64,000 nucleotides of DNA from Draconibacterium sp. (GCA_035391305.1 DAOPKR010000001.1:37290-101289); one strand, 5' to 3'. Positions 40,470 to 51,142 are shown, counted from the stretch's first letter. Numbers and translations are program-made. The notes: generated from the letters alone by a model not told the origin.

Positions 40470-41834
40470 CTATTTGAGATTTATCAGACCTATTCCCTGA
40501 AGAAAAACAAAAGCAATTGCAAGAGGTGCAACAAATTTGATAATAAACATGAATAATGGGACATATCTCGCTTTCAATTTGCCGTCATTCGACAATTCGT
40601 CGACAACATTTTGGCGACCAAAAAACCAGGCAACGAAAATCACGATGAACATTCCGCCCAAAGGTAAAAGAACATTTGCCGTAGTATTCTCCAATAAACT
40701 AAAAATGGTGTGTCCCAATATTTTAAAATCGGCAAGAGAACTTGTTGAAAGAACACACAATATTCCTAAAATTGAAACTGAAAATGTGGCCAACCACGTA
40801 GCAGCTTTTCGTTTCATTTTAAGTTCTTCAACAAAAAAAGCAACAATAACTTCTAAAACTGAAATTGTGGAGGTTAAGGCTGCAACTCCTAACAATATAA
40901 AAAACATGACCGAAAAAATTGTTCCACCCGGCATTTGCTGAAAAATATTTGGCAACGTTACAAATACCAATCCTTCCCCGTATCCCGGTTCAATATTAAA
41001 AGCAAATACTGCTGGAAAAATGGCTAATCCAGCCAAAACAGCTATCAAAGTATCAGCCATTGCAACAGAAAAAGCAGTTGAACCAAGATTTTCTGATTTT
41101 TTAATATATGAACCGTAAGTAACAAGCGTCCCCATTCCAATACTTAGCGAGAAAAATGCCTGACCCAGAGCAACAAGGACTGTAGAAGCGGTTATTTTAC
41201 TGAAATCAGGTCTTAACAAAAAGCTGATCCCTTTACCTGCCCCCGGTAAAGTAACCGAGCGAACAATTAATACCAAAAGCAGAATGAGTAAAAGTGGCAT
41301 AAGTATTTTTGTAGATTTCTCAATCCCATTTTTCACACCGGCCATGATAATAAATGCAGTGAGCCCCATAAATACAAAAAACCATATTAACGGTCGCGAA
41401 GTTCCCCCAACAAAATAATCGAACATCATATTTAACTCATCAGGAGATTTTCCGGCAAACCCATTGACAATTGACTGGTAGAGGTATTCGAGTGTCCAAC
41501 CTGCCACAGCAGTGTAAAACGCCAGAATCATGAATGCGGCTGCAACCCCCATTAACCCAATTAAATACCAGGGCTGTTTTGGTGCAAGCTTTCTGAAAGA
41601 TCCGTAAACGTTTTGTTGTGCCCTTCTTCCAATTGTAAATTCCGAAAGCATAACAGGAATACCAATCGCAATCACAAAACCAAGATATAATATTATAAAT
41701 GCTGCGCCACCGTTCTCACCTGCCACATAAGGGAAACGCCAAATGTTCCCTAAACCGATAGCGGAACCCGCAGTCGCTGCAATTACACCAAATCTTGATC
41801 CGAATGATTCACGGTTAGGCTGAAGTCCTGACAT
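40470..41834 (-). CDS. Sodium-dependent transporter (NSS/SNF family)
   Basis: GSAIGLGNIWRFPY, NGGAAF and QAFFSLSIG. Confidence 0.95.
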   Translation of the reverse strand: MSGLQPNRESFGSRFGVIAATAGSAIGLGNIWRFPYVAGENGGAAFIILYLGFVIAIGIPVMLSEFTIGRRAQQNVYGSFRKLAPKQPWYLIGLMGVAAAFMILAFYTAVAGWTLEYLYQSIVNGFAGKSPDELNMMFDYFVGGTSRPLIWFFVFMGLTAFIIMAGVKNGIEKSTKILMPLLLILLLVLIVRSVTLPGAGKGISFLLRPDFSKITASTVLVALGQAFFSLSIGMGTLVTYGSYIKKSENLGSTAFSVAMADTLIAVLAGLAIFPAVFAFNIEPGYGEGLVFVTLPNIFQQMPGGTIFSVMFFILLGVAALTSTISVLEVIVAFFVEELKMKRKAATWLATFSVSILGILCVLSTSSLADFKILGHTIFSLLENTTANVLLPLGGMFIVIFVAWFFGRQNVVDELSNDGKLKARYVPLFMFIIKFVAPLAIAFVFLQGIGLINLK

Positions 41835-41956
41835 ACTAATTCTTTTAAACTGTAACTAATTACACCAATAAATTTAACATTCTCGTTTTTTCGAACTCCA
41901 AAAATGCAAAAAAATAAGGGAGTATAAAACATGCAATAAATAAAAATGAAAAGTGT

Positions 41957-44308
41957 TTAGAAAGGATAACCTATTGCAAAGGTTAAGTTAAAATCGCTGT
42001 TTGTATATGACCTTGTTCCAATAATCCATCCTCGTTTATCAGAAACTGCAGGATCTCTTAGTTTCATCCCCAAATCGAGCCTTAAAATAAAATAACTCAT
42101 ATCAAACCGTAATCCTGCGCCGGTGCCAAGTGCAATCTGCTTGTAAAATTCGTTTATCTTAAACTGTGCGCCTGGCCTGTTGTCTTTTTCATTTATTGCC
42201 CAAATGTTTCCTCCATCTAAAAATAGTGCTCCTTCAACAAAGCTAATAAGTTTAAATCGATACTCTAAATTCGCTTCAAGTTTAATATCGGCTGTTTGAT
42301 TTGGATATTCATCAGAATCAGCTTTATATGTTCCCGGCCCCAATGAGCGCACCGGCCAGGCTCTAATTCCGTTTGCTCCACCCGAAAAATACTTTTTCTC
42401 GAACGGAAGAACATCGAAATTTCCATACGGAATGCCTATTCCGAAAAATGCCCTGCTAACAATTGAATTGTATTTATCGATGGCAAAACCATGGCTTAGT
42501 TCGATATCCGACTTGACATACTGCGCAAAACGAGTATTAAAAACCTGATAATATTCGGACTGAACATTCCCCAATGAATCAATTTCCTGAAATTTATCAA
42601 GGTTTGCCAACCCCGATATCGCACCTAATAAATTTCCGGATGACTCAATATTAAATCGTAAATATGTGTAATCCTTAATGGTATTTAACCGTTGATTGTT
42701 ATAAATTACTGAATAATTCATTGCAAAAATCAAGTGATCTGTAAAACTGCTTTTAATATATAAATCCCTTATACCATCAATAAATCCGGGGTCGTAGTTA
42801 AAAACATTTACTTTATTGTAATCCAGCAAATTCCAGATATGACGCAAATCTTCGGTAGTTTTCCAGTCGTAACCAAATTTTAGCGTATTTATGGTCCTTG
42901 TATATTCCGGGCGTCTTTGAAAATTATAACCCAGCGAGAATACTGTTTTGGGTAAAAAACGTTCAAAATCTCCAAAATAATTTCCCGGGCCTAAAAGTTT
43001 CGGAATCATTAAACTCGATTCGACTCCCAATTCAGTAGTGTTAAAATAATTATTTAACTGTTGTAATCGTTCTATTCCGCCCAGAAAACTTAGCTGAAAT
43101 ACTTCCGCCCCGCGAAATAAATTCCGGTGCATGTATGTAACATTTCCGGCAACCCCAAAATTACCCGAGGTATTTGTTCCTTCAATATCAAATGAGGTTG
43201 ATTGCTTGTTTAGTGGAGCCAGCCTTACAAAACAATCCAGCAAATTTGAATCGTTTTTCGACGCAACTTCATTAAACTGAATATCAACAAACCTGAACTG
43301 CCGTAACCGGTTAAATGCATTAAAAGCACTCTCAACTTCGGCGTTATTGTATAGGTCGCCTTTGTTTAAGCGCATTGTCCGATTAAATAAAGCAGGAGGA
43401 TAGCGAACTTGTTTACTTTGATATAAAGTAAAATTGTCCCATTTGATCGTATCGGAAAACACTCCAACTGAATCACGGGTTATAGTTACCGGTGAATTTC
43501 CGGGTAAAACTGAAATAAAAAAATCATTCAAATAATAGGGTTTGAATACTTTTGCAGTATCTATTTGGTTATTTTTAGCCGGTCTGACCAATAAATCAAC
43601 CAAAACCTGTTTTTGAAATTTCGAACTATCAGCAATAAATTTTACGTCGTCTTTGGAAAAATAATAGTACCCGTTATTTTTAAAAAGATTTACAATATCC
43701 GTTTGATGCGTTTCCAATTTATCAATGTCGAATGCACCTCCTTCCCTTAGTTTCGATTTTAAATCACTTTCGAAATAAATTTTCCGGAGCAATGAGTCCT
43801 TTATCTGATAATTGATTCTTTTAATTTTATACTGCTCCCCTGAAATTAATTTATAATTCAGGTTTACTTTTCTTTTGCTTTCTTTTACCGAAACGCTACT
43901 TTGTACTTCAGCCCTGAAATATCCTTTACTGTAGGCCAATTGTTTTAACTGGTCTTCTGAATGTATTGATAAGTCTTCATCATAAATTTGCGGTGGTTCA
44001 CCAATCCTCTTTAACCAATCATCAGTTTTTTTCTTTGGTGAAAGATTGTACAACCACAAATGAAACTTTAGAAATCCCAGAATTTTGTAATTCTCTTTCT
44101 GCTTTATAAGTGATTTGGCTGTTTCTTTATTAATGTCCTGATTATCTATATCTATTTGAACTTTATTTATAAGATATTTATTTTCAGGCACAAATTTAAC
44201 CGGTGAACAGGAAAACAAAATTAGTGCACCCGCAAATGTCACCATCTTTAAAATATTTTGCTTTCCAAAATTTAAAATACTGTTCAACGTAAAAATTTTA
44301 TAAGTCAA
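41957..44308 (-). CDS. tamL: Omp85/TamA-family lipoprotein (TamL)
   Basis: Lipobox LFSC, POTRA-like region, GGANGIRAW, LRLDLG and terminal IGYPF. Start uncertain (TTG 44308 or ATG 44245). Confidence 0.85.
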   Translation of the reverse strand: MTYKIFTLNSILNFGKQNILKMVTFAGALILFSCSPVKFVPENKYLINKVQIDIDNQDINKETAKSLIKQKENYKILGFLKFHLWLYNLSPKKKTDDWLKRIGEPPQIYDEDLSIHSEDQLKQLAYSKGYFRAEVQSSVSVKESKRKVNLNYKLISGEQYKIKRINYQIKDSLLRKIYFESDLKSKLREGGAFDIDKLETHQTDIVNLFKNNGYYYFSKDDVKFIADSSKFQKQVLVDLLVRPAKNNQIDTAKVFKPYYLNDFFISVLPGNSPVTITRDSVGVFSDTIKWDNFTLYQSKQVRYPPALFNRTMRLNKGDLYNNAEVESAFNAFNRLRQFRFVDIQFNEVASKNDSNLLDCFVRLAPLNKQSTSFDIEGTNTSGNFGVAGNVTYMHRNLFRGAEVFQLSFLGGIERLQQLNNYFNTTELGVESSLMIPKLLGPGNYFGDFERFLPKTVFSLGYNFQRRPEYTRTINTLKFGYDWKTTEDLRHIWNLLDYNKVNVFNYDPGFIDGIRDLYIKSSFTDHLIFAMNYSVIYNNQRLNTIKDYTYLRFNIESSGNLLGAISGLANLDKFQEIDSLGNVQSEYYQVFNTRFAQYVKSDIELSHGFAIDKYNSIVSRAFFGIGIPYGNFDVLPFEKKYFSGGANGIRAWPVRSLGPGTYKADSDEYPNQTADIKLEANLEYRFKLISFVEGALFLDGGNIWAINEKDNRPGAQFKINEFYKQIALGTGAGLRFDMSYFILRLDLGMKLRDPAVSDKRGWIIGTRSYTNSDFNLTFAIGYPF

Positions 44309-44379
44309 AATTAATGAAGTGTTTTTGTTCAGAAAAAGTAACTTTACTCCAGTTTCATTTTCGAAATTTGTTTTTCCAA

Positions 44380-45150
44380 ATGGTCAGTAAAAATACTATA
44401 AAACTTATAAAATCACTTGCCCTTAAAAAAAACAGAGTCAAACAAAATCTGTTCCTTGTTGAAGGTGATAAAAATGTTTCAGAGGTACTGGAATCTCAAT
44501 TCAGTGTTGAAAATTTGCTTGGAACAAGTGCCTTTCTCGAGGCAAACAAGTCTTTATTGACAAAAGTAAAATTGGTTACTGAAGTAACCAAAACTGAAAT
44601 TGAAGAGGCTAGTTTGTTGAAAAATCCTCAAAACAGCATTGCAATTTGCAAACTGCCAAAAGCAAAACCTTTTCCTGAAAAAATAGAATCTGATCTTTGT
44701 ATTTATTTAGATGATATTCAAGATCCCGGTAATTTGGGGACGATAATCCGTATTTGCGACTGGTTTGGGATAAACCAATTATTTTGTTCACCTAAAACAG
44801 CCGACTTATTCAACCCAAAGGTTATTCAGGCAAGTATGGGTTCGTTTAGCCGGGTTGAAACCTGGAACACATCATTTATACCAGTTGCAGATCTTGCCGG
44901 GAGGTTGGGAATACCAGTTCTGGGAGCATTTCTCGATGGCAAAAACATTTATGAACAGAAACTACCCAAACGGGCAATTCTTGTTTTAGGTAATGAAGGT
45001 AACGGAATCAGTAGTGAAGTAGAAAATAAAGTGGATCAAAAAATCAGGATTCCTGAATTTAACAACAACCCGACTTCCGCCGAATCGTTGAATGTTTCAG
45101 TGGCAGCTGCAATAATTTGTTCAGAGTTTAAAAGACAGAATTACATTTAA
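44380..45150 (+). CDS. TrmH/SpoU family RNA methyltransferase
   Basis: IQDPGNLGTIIR, QASMGS, GNEGNGI and ESLNVSVA. ATG 44380. Confidence 0.93.
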   Translation: MVSKNTIKLIKSLALKKNRVKQNLFLVEGDKNVSEVLESQFSVENLLGTSAFLEANKSLLTKVKLVTEVTKTEIEEASLLKNPQNSIAICKLPKAKPFPEKIESDLCIYLDDIQDPGNLGTIIRICDWFGINQLFCSPKTADLFNPKVIQASMGSFSRVETWNTSFIPVADLAGRLGIPVLGAFLDGKNIYEQKLPKRAILVLGNEGNGISSEVENKVDQKIRIPEFNNNPTSAESLNVSVAAAIICSEFKRQNYI

Positions 45151-45152
45151 TA

Positions 45153-45911
45153 CTATTCGAAATGAAATGATAATGTAAAAATGTTTGATCTCAAACTTTT
45201 AATTGACTGCGAATAGTAAGGCCGTTGCTGCTGAGGCACATCACCGAGCTGATTGTTCAAACCAAAACTAAATTTCCCCTCAACCGAAAAACGGAAAAAT
45301 GGGAAGTAATGATCCCAGCCACCACCAACTTCGGCATAAAAACCACCACTTTTAAGTTTAACCAAATCGTCTTTTGCCGATTTTGAAATATCTTGTCTGT
45401 AAGCGCCTCCAAAAATTACAAATGGCCGGTCGTTGTTTATTCGCCGGGCTTTATACTTTAGGAGCAAAGGAAAATCGATAAATGTTGATTTAATTGAATA
45501 GAACTGTAAAGGTTCATATGAATTTATATCGTAAACCGGGATATTATAAGTTAATTTTCTCTCGCCAAAAGACATACCTGGCAAAAACCGTAGATCCAAA
45601 TCCTGATGTAACCTCAAGCTGGAAACAATTCCAACGGTAAAACCCGGCACTAAAGAAGCCAAATCACTTCTTACAATTGATTCGTAACCGACTTGATTTT
45701 CATCATTTGGCCATTCACCCGGCGAAAAATCAGGGTTTTGACCAATTGGATTATAATTTGCAACATTAAAATCGAGTAGATTATAACCTAGTGTAAAGCC
45801 AAAGTGAATTAGTTTTTCATCGAAAGTAGTAAGGTAATTCACCTTCTGCTTTTGTCCGGCAATCTGACTTACAAATAATAAAAATAATATGGCTGTAAGA
45901 ATCCTTTTCAC
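45153..45911 (-). CDS. porT: Type IX secretion outer-membrane beta-barrel PorT/SprT
   Basis: Signal peptide, HFGFTLG, GFTVGI, LRFLPG.SF and terminal LSFHFE. Lies between ubiE and trmH as in other Bacteroidota. GTG start. Confidence 0.85.
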   Translation of the reverse strand: MKRILTAILFLLFVSQIAGQKQKVNYLTTFDEKLIHFGFTLGYNLLDFNVANYNPIGQNPDFSPGEWPNDENQVGYESIVRSDLASLVPGFTVGIVSSLRLHQDLDLRFLPGMSFGERKLTYNIPVYDINSYEPLQFYSIKSTFIDFPLLLKYKARRINNDRPFVIFGGAYRQDISKSAKDDLVKLKSGGFYAEVGGGWDHYFPFFRFSVEGKFSFGLNNQLGDVPQQQRPYYSQSIKSLRSNIFTLSFHFE

Positions 45912-45973
45912 TTAAAAACTAATTACACTGTCTTTCAGAAACAACGATTTTTGATGTTTATTGTATTTATTGG

Positions 45974-46705
45974 TTATTTTTTCAATTTAAAAGCTTCGTA
46001 CACAGTTGCAATCCCAAATGTTTGTGGAAAACATTTGTTTTTTACAAATCCTACTTCTGCTAAAATAGTTAAAAATTTATCTCCATCGGGGAACTCATTA
46101 ACTGATTCCGGCAAATATGTGTATGCATTACTATTTTTTGAGACCATTCGTCCGATCAAAGGCAAAATTCTTGTAAAATAGAATTGATAAATTTGTTTAT
46201 ATGGTGATTTTGCAGGTTTCGAAAACTCCAAAACATAAAATACTCCGCCTGGTTTTAAAACTCTGTTTATTTCATACAATCCCTTTTTAAGGGTTTCAAA
46301 ATTTCGAACTCCGAAACCAACAATCGCTGCATCGAATTTTTCATTCTCAAATGGCAGGTTTTCAGAATCGGCTTTATGTAACTCAATTGTTCCGGAAAGC
46401 TTCTTTTTTTCGATCTTTCTCCGCCCCACTTCCAGCATCCCTTCCGAAATATCAATCCCAATTACTTTTGCATCGTTTATTTTTGCAGCTGCAATTGCAA
46501 AATCTCCGGTTCCTGTTGCAATATCCAAAATGAGTTTAGGTTGATGCGGCCTAAGTTTTTTAATGGCTTTTCTTCTCCACAATTTATCAACATTGGCTGA
46601 AAGCAAATGATTTAGCAGGTCATACTTCGGAGATATATCGTTGAACATCTCTTCTACCTGATCTTTCTTTGATTGTTCAGAAAGTTTATTGGGGAGAGCT
46701 GTCAT
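45974..46705 (-). CDS. ubiE: Demethylmenaquinone methyltransferase UbiE/MenG
   Basis: MFNDIS.KYDLLNH, LDIATGTGD, FGVRN, RVLKPGG and AYTYLPES. Confidence 0.96.
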   Translation of the reverse strand: MTALPNKLSEQSKKDQVEEMFNDISPKYDLLNHLLSANVDKLWRRKAIKKLRPHQPKLILDIATGTGDFAIAAAKINDAKVIGIDISEGMLEVGRRKIEKKKLSGTIELHKADSENLPFENEKFDAAIVGFGVRNFETLKKGLYEINRVLKPGGVFYVLEFSKPAKSPYKQIYQFYFTRILPLIGRMVSKNSNAYTYLPESVNEFPDGDKFLTILAEVGFVKNKCFPQTFGIATVYEAFKLKK

Positions 46706-47745
46706 TAAACGCCTACCGTCATTTTATCAATATATCCCAGCGACATGTCGTCGATCCTTATTTCGCCTTTGGTAATGTGCCCCAAAGTAAAAAACGGAAC
46801 ATTCATATCAGTTAAAACATCCACAAACTCATCTTCGTTTTGTGATTCAACTTCAACCAAAATTCGTCCCATAGCTTCGCCAAAAAGAAAGGCATCAATC
46901 CGGGTTTCAGCGGCAGTAGTTATATCAAATCCCAATTCATTTGGAATAGCAGCACGAAGAAGTGTAAAAAACAATCCACCTTTCCCAACCGGACTGGCAC
47001 TGTTTATAAGTTTTAATTCGTTCAGTTTATTAATTGCTCCCTGTATTTTCATTTCTTCATTGATATCAAACTCCGGTAATTGTGAGTCTGCTATTTCATG
47101 ATAAAATTCCAGATACTCGGAAGATCCAATATCATCAGTGGTACGGCCAATCAGGAAAATATTGTTCCCTTTATTTTTAAAAGAATGAGTTGTAATGTGC
47201 TCATTATCTTTAATCAACCCCATCATGCTGATTATAATTGTTGGCGGAACCGGGCCATGTTGTGAAAAATGGTCAAACCTGATTTTTTTGTCTGTAATTT
47301 TTAATTCAAATTTACCTGCTGCATTTTCCAATCCTTTTTTTGCCCCGGCCGCAATAAACTGACCTTTGGGATCGGCAAAATTAATGTGATATAAAAATGC
47401 ACTTATCGCTGTTGGTTTTGCCCCCGAACAAATCATTTTCCGCGCTGCCCTTGATATTAAAATCTCAGTTGCTTTTTGCGGATCATTCTGTAAATGGTGG
47501 TGAAATGCATGTGTACTTAGTACAATTTTACTGCCACTGGCATCAAAATCAAATAATCCGGTTTCGTCTGCATCAGAATCACCAATTGAATCGGGTGAAA
47601 TATTTAAATCACCAAAATCATTGAAATAATTGATACTCGACAAATTTGGATTGACCATTAACGAATAGATTACATCTTCCAGATTTTGCGGTTCAGGAAT
47701 TGATTCGATGGTAAAAATTTTTTCGGCTTGAATAACATCACTCAT
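46705..47745 (-). CDS. Stand-alone PurL C-terminal-half (AIR synthase fold) homolog, degenerate
   Basis: DP.KA....AARKMICSGAKP.AI, FKNKGN.IFLIG, IGSSEYL, GGL, and LFGEA.GRILVEV resemble the second half of small PurL. Stop overlaps the ubiE start (TAATG). Confidence 0.72.
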   Translation of the reverse strand: MSDVIQAEKIFTIESIPEPQNLEDVIYSLMVNPNLSSINYFNDFGDLNISPDSIGDSDADETGLFDFDASGSKIVLSTHAFHHHLQNDPQKATEILISRAARKMICSGAKPTAISAFLYHINFADPKGQFIAAGAKKGLENAAGKFELKITDKKIRFDHFSQHGPVPPTIIISMMGLIKDNEHITTHSFKNKGNNIFLIGRTTDDIGSSEYLEFYHEIADSQLPEFDINEEMKIQGAINKLNELKLINSASPVGKGGLFFTLLRAAIPNELGFDITTAAETRIDAFLFGEAMGRILVEVESQNEDEFVDVLTDMNVPFFTLGHITKGEIRIDDMSLGYIDKMTVGV

Positions 47746-47855
47746 AATACTGTAATATTTGTAAATTATCCGGAAGCAAAGGTAATTAAGTAGCCCATTA
47801 TTCCATAAATTTTGATGTTTTTTTTAATTTCGGATTGTAATTGAAAAGTAAATAA

Positions 47856-48623
47856 ATGAAACTTATTGCATTAATAACCGGCGCTACTTCAGGAATTGGA
47901 GAAGCAACAGCAATGCTGTTAGCCAGAAATAATTACAACATTATTATCACAGGTCGCCGAAAAGAAAGGCTTGTTTTATTACAGGAAAAAATACAAACAG
48001 AATCAAACTCTAAAGTTTTAATATTGGATTTTGACATTAGAAATTTGGCTGAAAATGAACTTGCAATAAATAAATTACCTGAAGAGTGGCAAAATATTGA
48101 CGTTTTGGTAAATAACGCAGGATTAGCTGCGGGTTACAGTCCTATTCAGGAAGGCGACATTAACGATTGGGAAAGGATGATCGATACAAATATTAAAGGA
48201 TTACTTTATGTTTCGAGGTTAATTATACCAAAAATGATTACCCGTGGCAAAGGCCATATAATTAACATATCTTCAATCGCGGGCAGGGAAACCTATCCGT
48301 TTGGAAATGTTTACTGTGCCAGCAAACACGCCGTTCAATCGATAACGAAAGGTATGCGAATTGATTTACTTAAACATGGGATAAAAGTAAGTTCAGTGAG
48401 TCCAGGTGCTGTTGAAACTGAATTCTCGCTAGTGCGTTTCAATGGAGATAATAACAAAGCCAAACAGGTTTACAATGGATTTACGCCACTCTTAGCACAA
48501 GATATTGCAGAAACTATTCTGTTTATTGTTACCCGCCCAAAACATGTTAACATAGATGATGTATTAATAATGCCAACCGACCAGGCATTCTCGCGTGATT
48601 TTAATCGTAGAGAATTCGATTGA
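47856..48623 (+). CDS. SDR oxidoreductase (YdfG-like)
   Basis: TGATSGIG, NNAG, YCASK and PGAVETEFS. Confidence 0.93.
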   Translation: MKLIALITGATSGIGEATAMLLARNNYNIIITGRRKERLVLLQEKIQTESNSKVLILDFDIRNLAENELAINKLPEEWQNIDVLVNNAGLAAGYSPIQEGDINDWERMIDTNIKGLLYVSRLIIPKMITRGKGHIINISSIAGRETYPFGNVYCASKHAVQSITKGMRIDLLKHGIKVSSVSPGAVETEFSLVRFNGDNNKAKQVYNGFTPLLAQDIAETILFIVTRPKHVNIDDVLIMPTDQAFSRDFNRREFD

Positions 48624-48657
48624 TTTTGATAGTTTTGTATTTCACAAAAAAAGTAGA

Positions 48658-49368
48658 ATGCCAAAAGCAATAATTATTACGCCTGTAAAAGATTCGTTAC
48701 ACACAACCAGTCGAACAATAAAAGCAATTTCGGAAGCAGAAGGAGATTTCGGATACTATGTTTTTAACGATTTTAGCCTGCCTGAGACTAAAGAGTTTCT
48801 CGAAAAGTTTAAAGATGAACATAACTTCAGTCTTGTCAATCTGGAGGATATAACAAATACTCCGTCTCCAAATTATAAATTGGTTTTGGAAATTGCCCAA
48901 AAATTAGCAATTGAAAATAATTGTCCTTTAATAATAATTGAATCGGATGTTTTGATAAAACCTGATACATTGAGCGGTCTGTTTGAGATACTTCAATCCA
49001 AGCCAAAACCAGGTCTCATTGGAGCAATTACAGTTGATGAATCAGGGCAATACAATTTTCCATATACTTTTGAAAAGATTAAAAACAACGACATTTTAAA
49101 CACTTCTCACAGTTTGAGCTTTTGTTGCACATTAATTTCGGTAGAGTTCCTCAAGAAATTTGATTTTCAAGTACTCTCTCAAAATAAAGATTGGTTTGAT
49201 GTCTATATTAGTCGCCAATCGAAAAAACTAGGGTTCAACAACTACCTGGCTAAAGGATTAGAAGTTATTCACCTCCCCCATTCCAGCCGCCCGTGGAAAC
49301 ATTTAAAATATTCAAAACCATTGCTTTACTATTTCAACAAATTCTTTTATAAACGTGACCGAATCTAA
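48658..49368 (+). CDS. GT2 family glycosyltransferase
   Basis: IIITPVKDS, FNDFS, IIESDV (DxD-like) and H...SRPW. ATG 48658. Confidence 0.75.
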   Translation: MPKAIIITPVKDSLHTTSRTIKAISEAEGDFGYYVFNDFSLPETKEFLEKFKDEHNFSLVNLEDITNTPSPNYKLVLEIAQKLAIENNCPLIIIESDVLIKPDTLSGLFEILQSKPKPGLIGAITVDESGQYNFPYTFEKIKNNDILNTSHSLSFCCTLISVEFLKKFDFQVLSQNKDWFDVYISRQSKKLGFNNYLAKGLEVIHLPHSSRPWKHLKYSKPLLYYFNKFFYKRDRI

Positions 49369-50451
49369 ATGACAAAGAGCAGGCTATATTATCGTTTTAA
49401 ATTTATCGGACATGTTATTTTCTGGTTAGCCAGTATCACATTGTTAACCCTGATTTTCTACTTTTATGATGAGGAAATCAATTTAAACCTTGTTGAAAAA
49501 TCCATTATTACAAATGTGTTTTTCGCAATGGCAGTTTATATCAATTTGTACTTGCTAATTCCCAAATTCCTGAAACAAAAAAATTATATATTTTATGTTT
49601 TCTGGCTTATCGTTTTAGTCACAGCTGTAAGTGTTATTATACAACTGCTATTTATATACCCACTGCGAAAAACGCTTGGAATCGACAGGTTTAGCCATTT
49701 TAATTTAAACCTCCATTCCGCCTATTTCTTTTCAACACTATTATATGTTGGTATAACGTCCTTTCTGAAATTGATAAAAGATTGGTTGTCAATGCAGGAT
49801 ATCAATTTGAAACTAGTAAAAATTGAACAACAAAAACTTGAGGCTGAATTAAAAACACTAAAAGGTCAATTAAATCCTCATTTTCTGTTCAATTCGCTCA
49901 ATAACATTTATTCGTTGGCTTTGATAAATTCCGATAAAGTCCCTGAATTAATTCTGAAGCTTTCTGATTTGATGCGACATATTATATACGACTCAAAAGA
50001 AAACTATATATCGATTGAGAAAGAACTTGAGTTTGTGAACAATTTTATTGAATTGCAAAAGATTCGCACATCAGATCAAACGAAAATAAAATATAATATA
50101 GTGGGGAAAATTCCTTCAGCGAAAATTGCGCCACTTTTATTCGAACCATTTATTGATAATGCTTTTAAACATGGGTTACCAGGTGCTGAAAATTCTGATT
50201 ATATTCATATAACCTTTAACTTTCTTGAAACAGACAAAATAATTTTCGAAATTGAGAATAATTTTGAAACGATTTTTACACAAAAACAAGCCAACTCCGG
50301 AATTGGTTTGAATAATGTAAAAAAGAGATTAAAATTATTGTATCAACCAAATGATTTTAAATTGACTATCCTTAAAAAAGACAATATTCACAGAGTATCA
50401 CTTGAACTTAAACTCATTGAAAATGGAAATAAAGGGAATAATAATCGATGA
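49369..50451 (+). CDS. LytS-type sensor histidine kinase
   Basis: 4 TMs, LKGQLNPHFLFNSLNNIY, NAFKHG and GIGLNNV. Confidence 0.94.
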   Translation: MTKSRLYYRFKFIGHVIFWLASITLLTLIFYFYDEEINLNLVEKSIITNVFFAMAVYINLYLLIPKFLKQKNYIFYVFWLIVLVTAVSVIIQLLFIYPLRKTLGIDRFSHFNLNLHSAYFFSTLLYVGITSFLKLIKDWLSMQDINLKLVKIEQQKLEAELKTLKGQLNPHFLFNSLNNIYSLALINSDKVPELILKLSDLMRHIIYDSKENYISIEKELEFVNNFIELQKIRTSDQTKIKYNIVGKIPSAKIAPLLFEPFIDNAFKHGLPGAENSDYIHITFNFLETDKIIFEIENNFETIFTQKQANSGIGLNNVKKRLKLLYQPNDFKLTILKKDNIHRVSLELKLIENGNKGNNNR

Positions 50452-51142
50452 CGAACCTTTGGCGCGTAATGTAATTAGGGAATATGCAAAAAAAATACAA
50501 ACTCTAAATATTGTAGGCGAATGTGAAGATGCGATTTGCGCCCACCAAACTCTGCAAACCCAACCAGTAGATTTAATATTTCTTGACATTAATATGCCCA
50601 AACTTACCGGAATTGAATTTTTAAAAAACTTAAAAAATCCTCCTATGGTAATTTTCACAACTGCCTACTCTGAATACGCGATGGACGGATATGAACTAAA
50701 TATTATTGACTATCTGAAAAAACCATTTTCTTTTGAAAGATTTTGTAAAGCCTATTTTCGGGCAGAAGAAATGTATATCTTGAAAAAAACATCTGAAAAC
50801 AATGATATAAATGAAAAACAAAACGATTTCGTTTTTATAAAGTCAGATAAAAAAACCATAAAAGTAAACATCTCAAGTATTATTTATATTGAAGGATTAG
50901 GCGATTATATAAAGATCTATTTAAATGATAAAAAGCTGGTTACAAACCTGTCTATGAAGAAAATTGAGAACCTACTTCCTGAAACACACTTTCACAGAAT
51001 ACATAAATCATATATTATCTCAATGGAAAAAATAGAATCTATTGAAGGAAATATGTTAAAAATCAACAATATAAAACTACCAATTGGCAATAGTTACCGC
51101 CAAAATTTCATGACTCGAATTAAACAATTTATTGTAGAATAA
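50423..51142 (+). CDS. LytTR response regulator
   Basis: IIDDEPLAR, FLDINMP, FTTAY and RIHKSY. ATG 50423. Confidence 0.95.
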   Translation: MEIKGIIIDDEPLARNVIREYAKKIQTLNIVGECEDAICAHQTLQTQPVDLIFLDINMPKLTGIEFLKNLKNPPMVIFTTAYSEYAMDGYELNIIDYLKKPFSFERFCKAYFRAEEMYILKKTSENNDINEKQNDFVFIKSDKKTIKVNISSIIYIEGLGDYIKIYLNDKKLVTNLSMKKIENLLPETHFHRIHKSYIISMEKIESIEGNMLKINNIKLPIGNSYRQNFMTRIKQFIVE

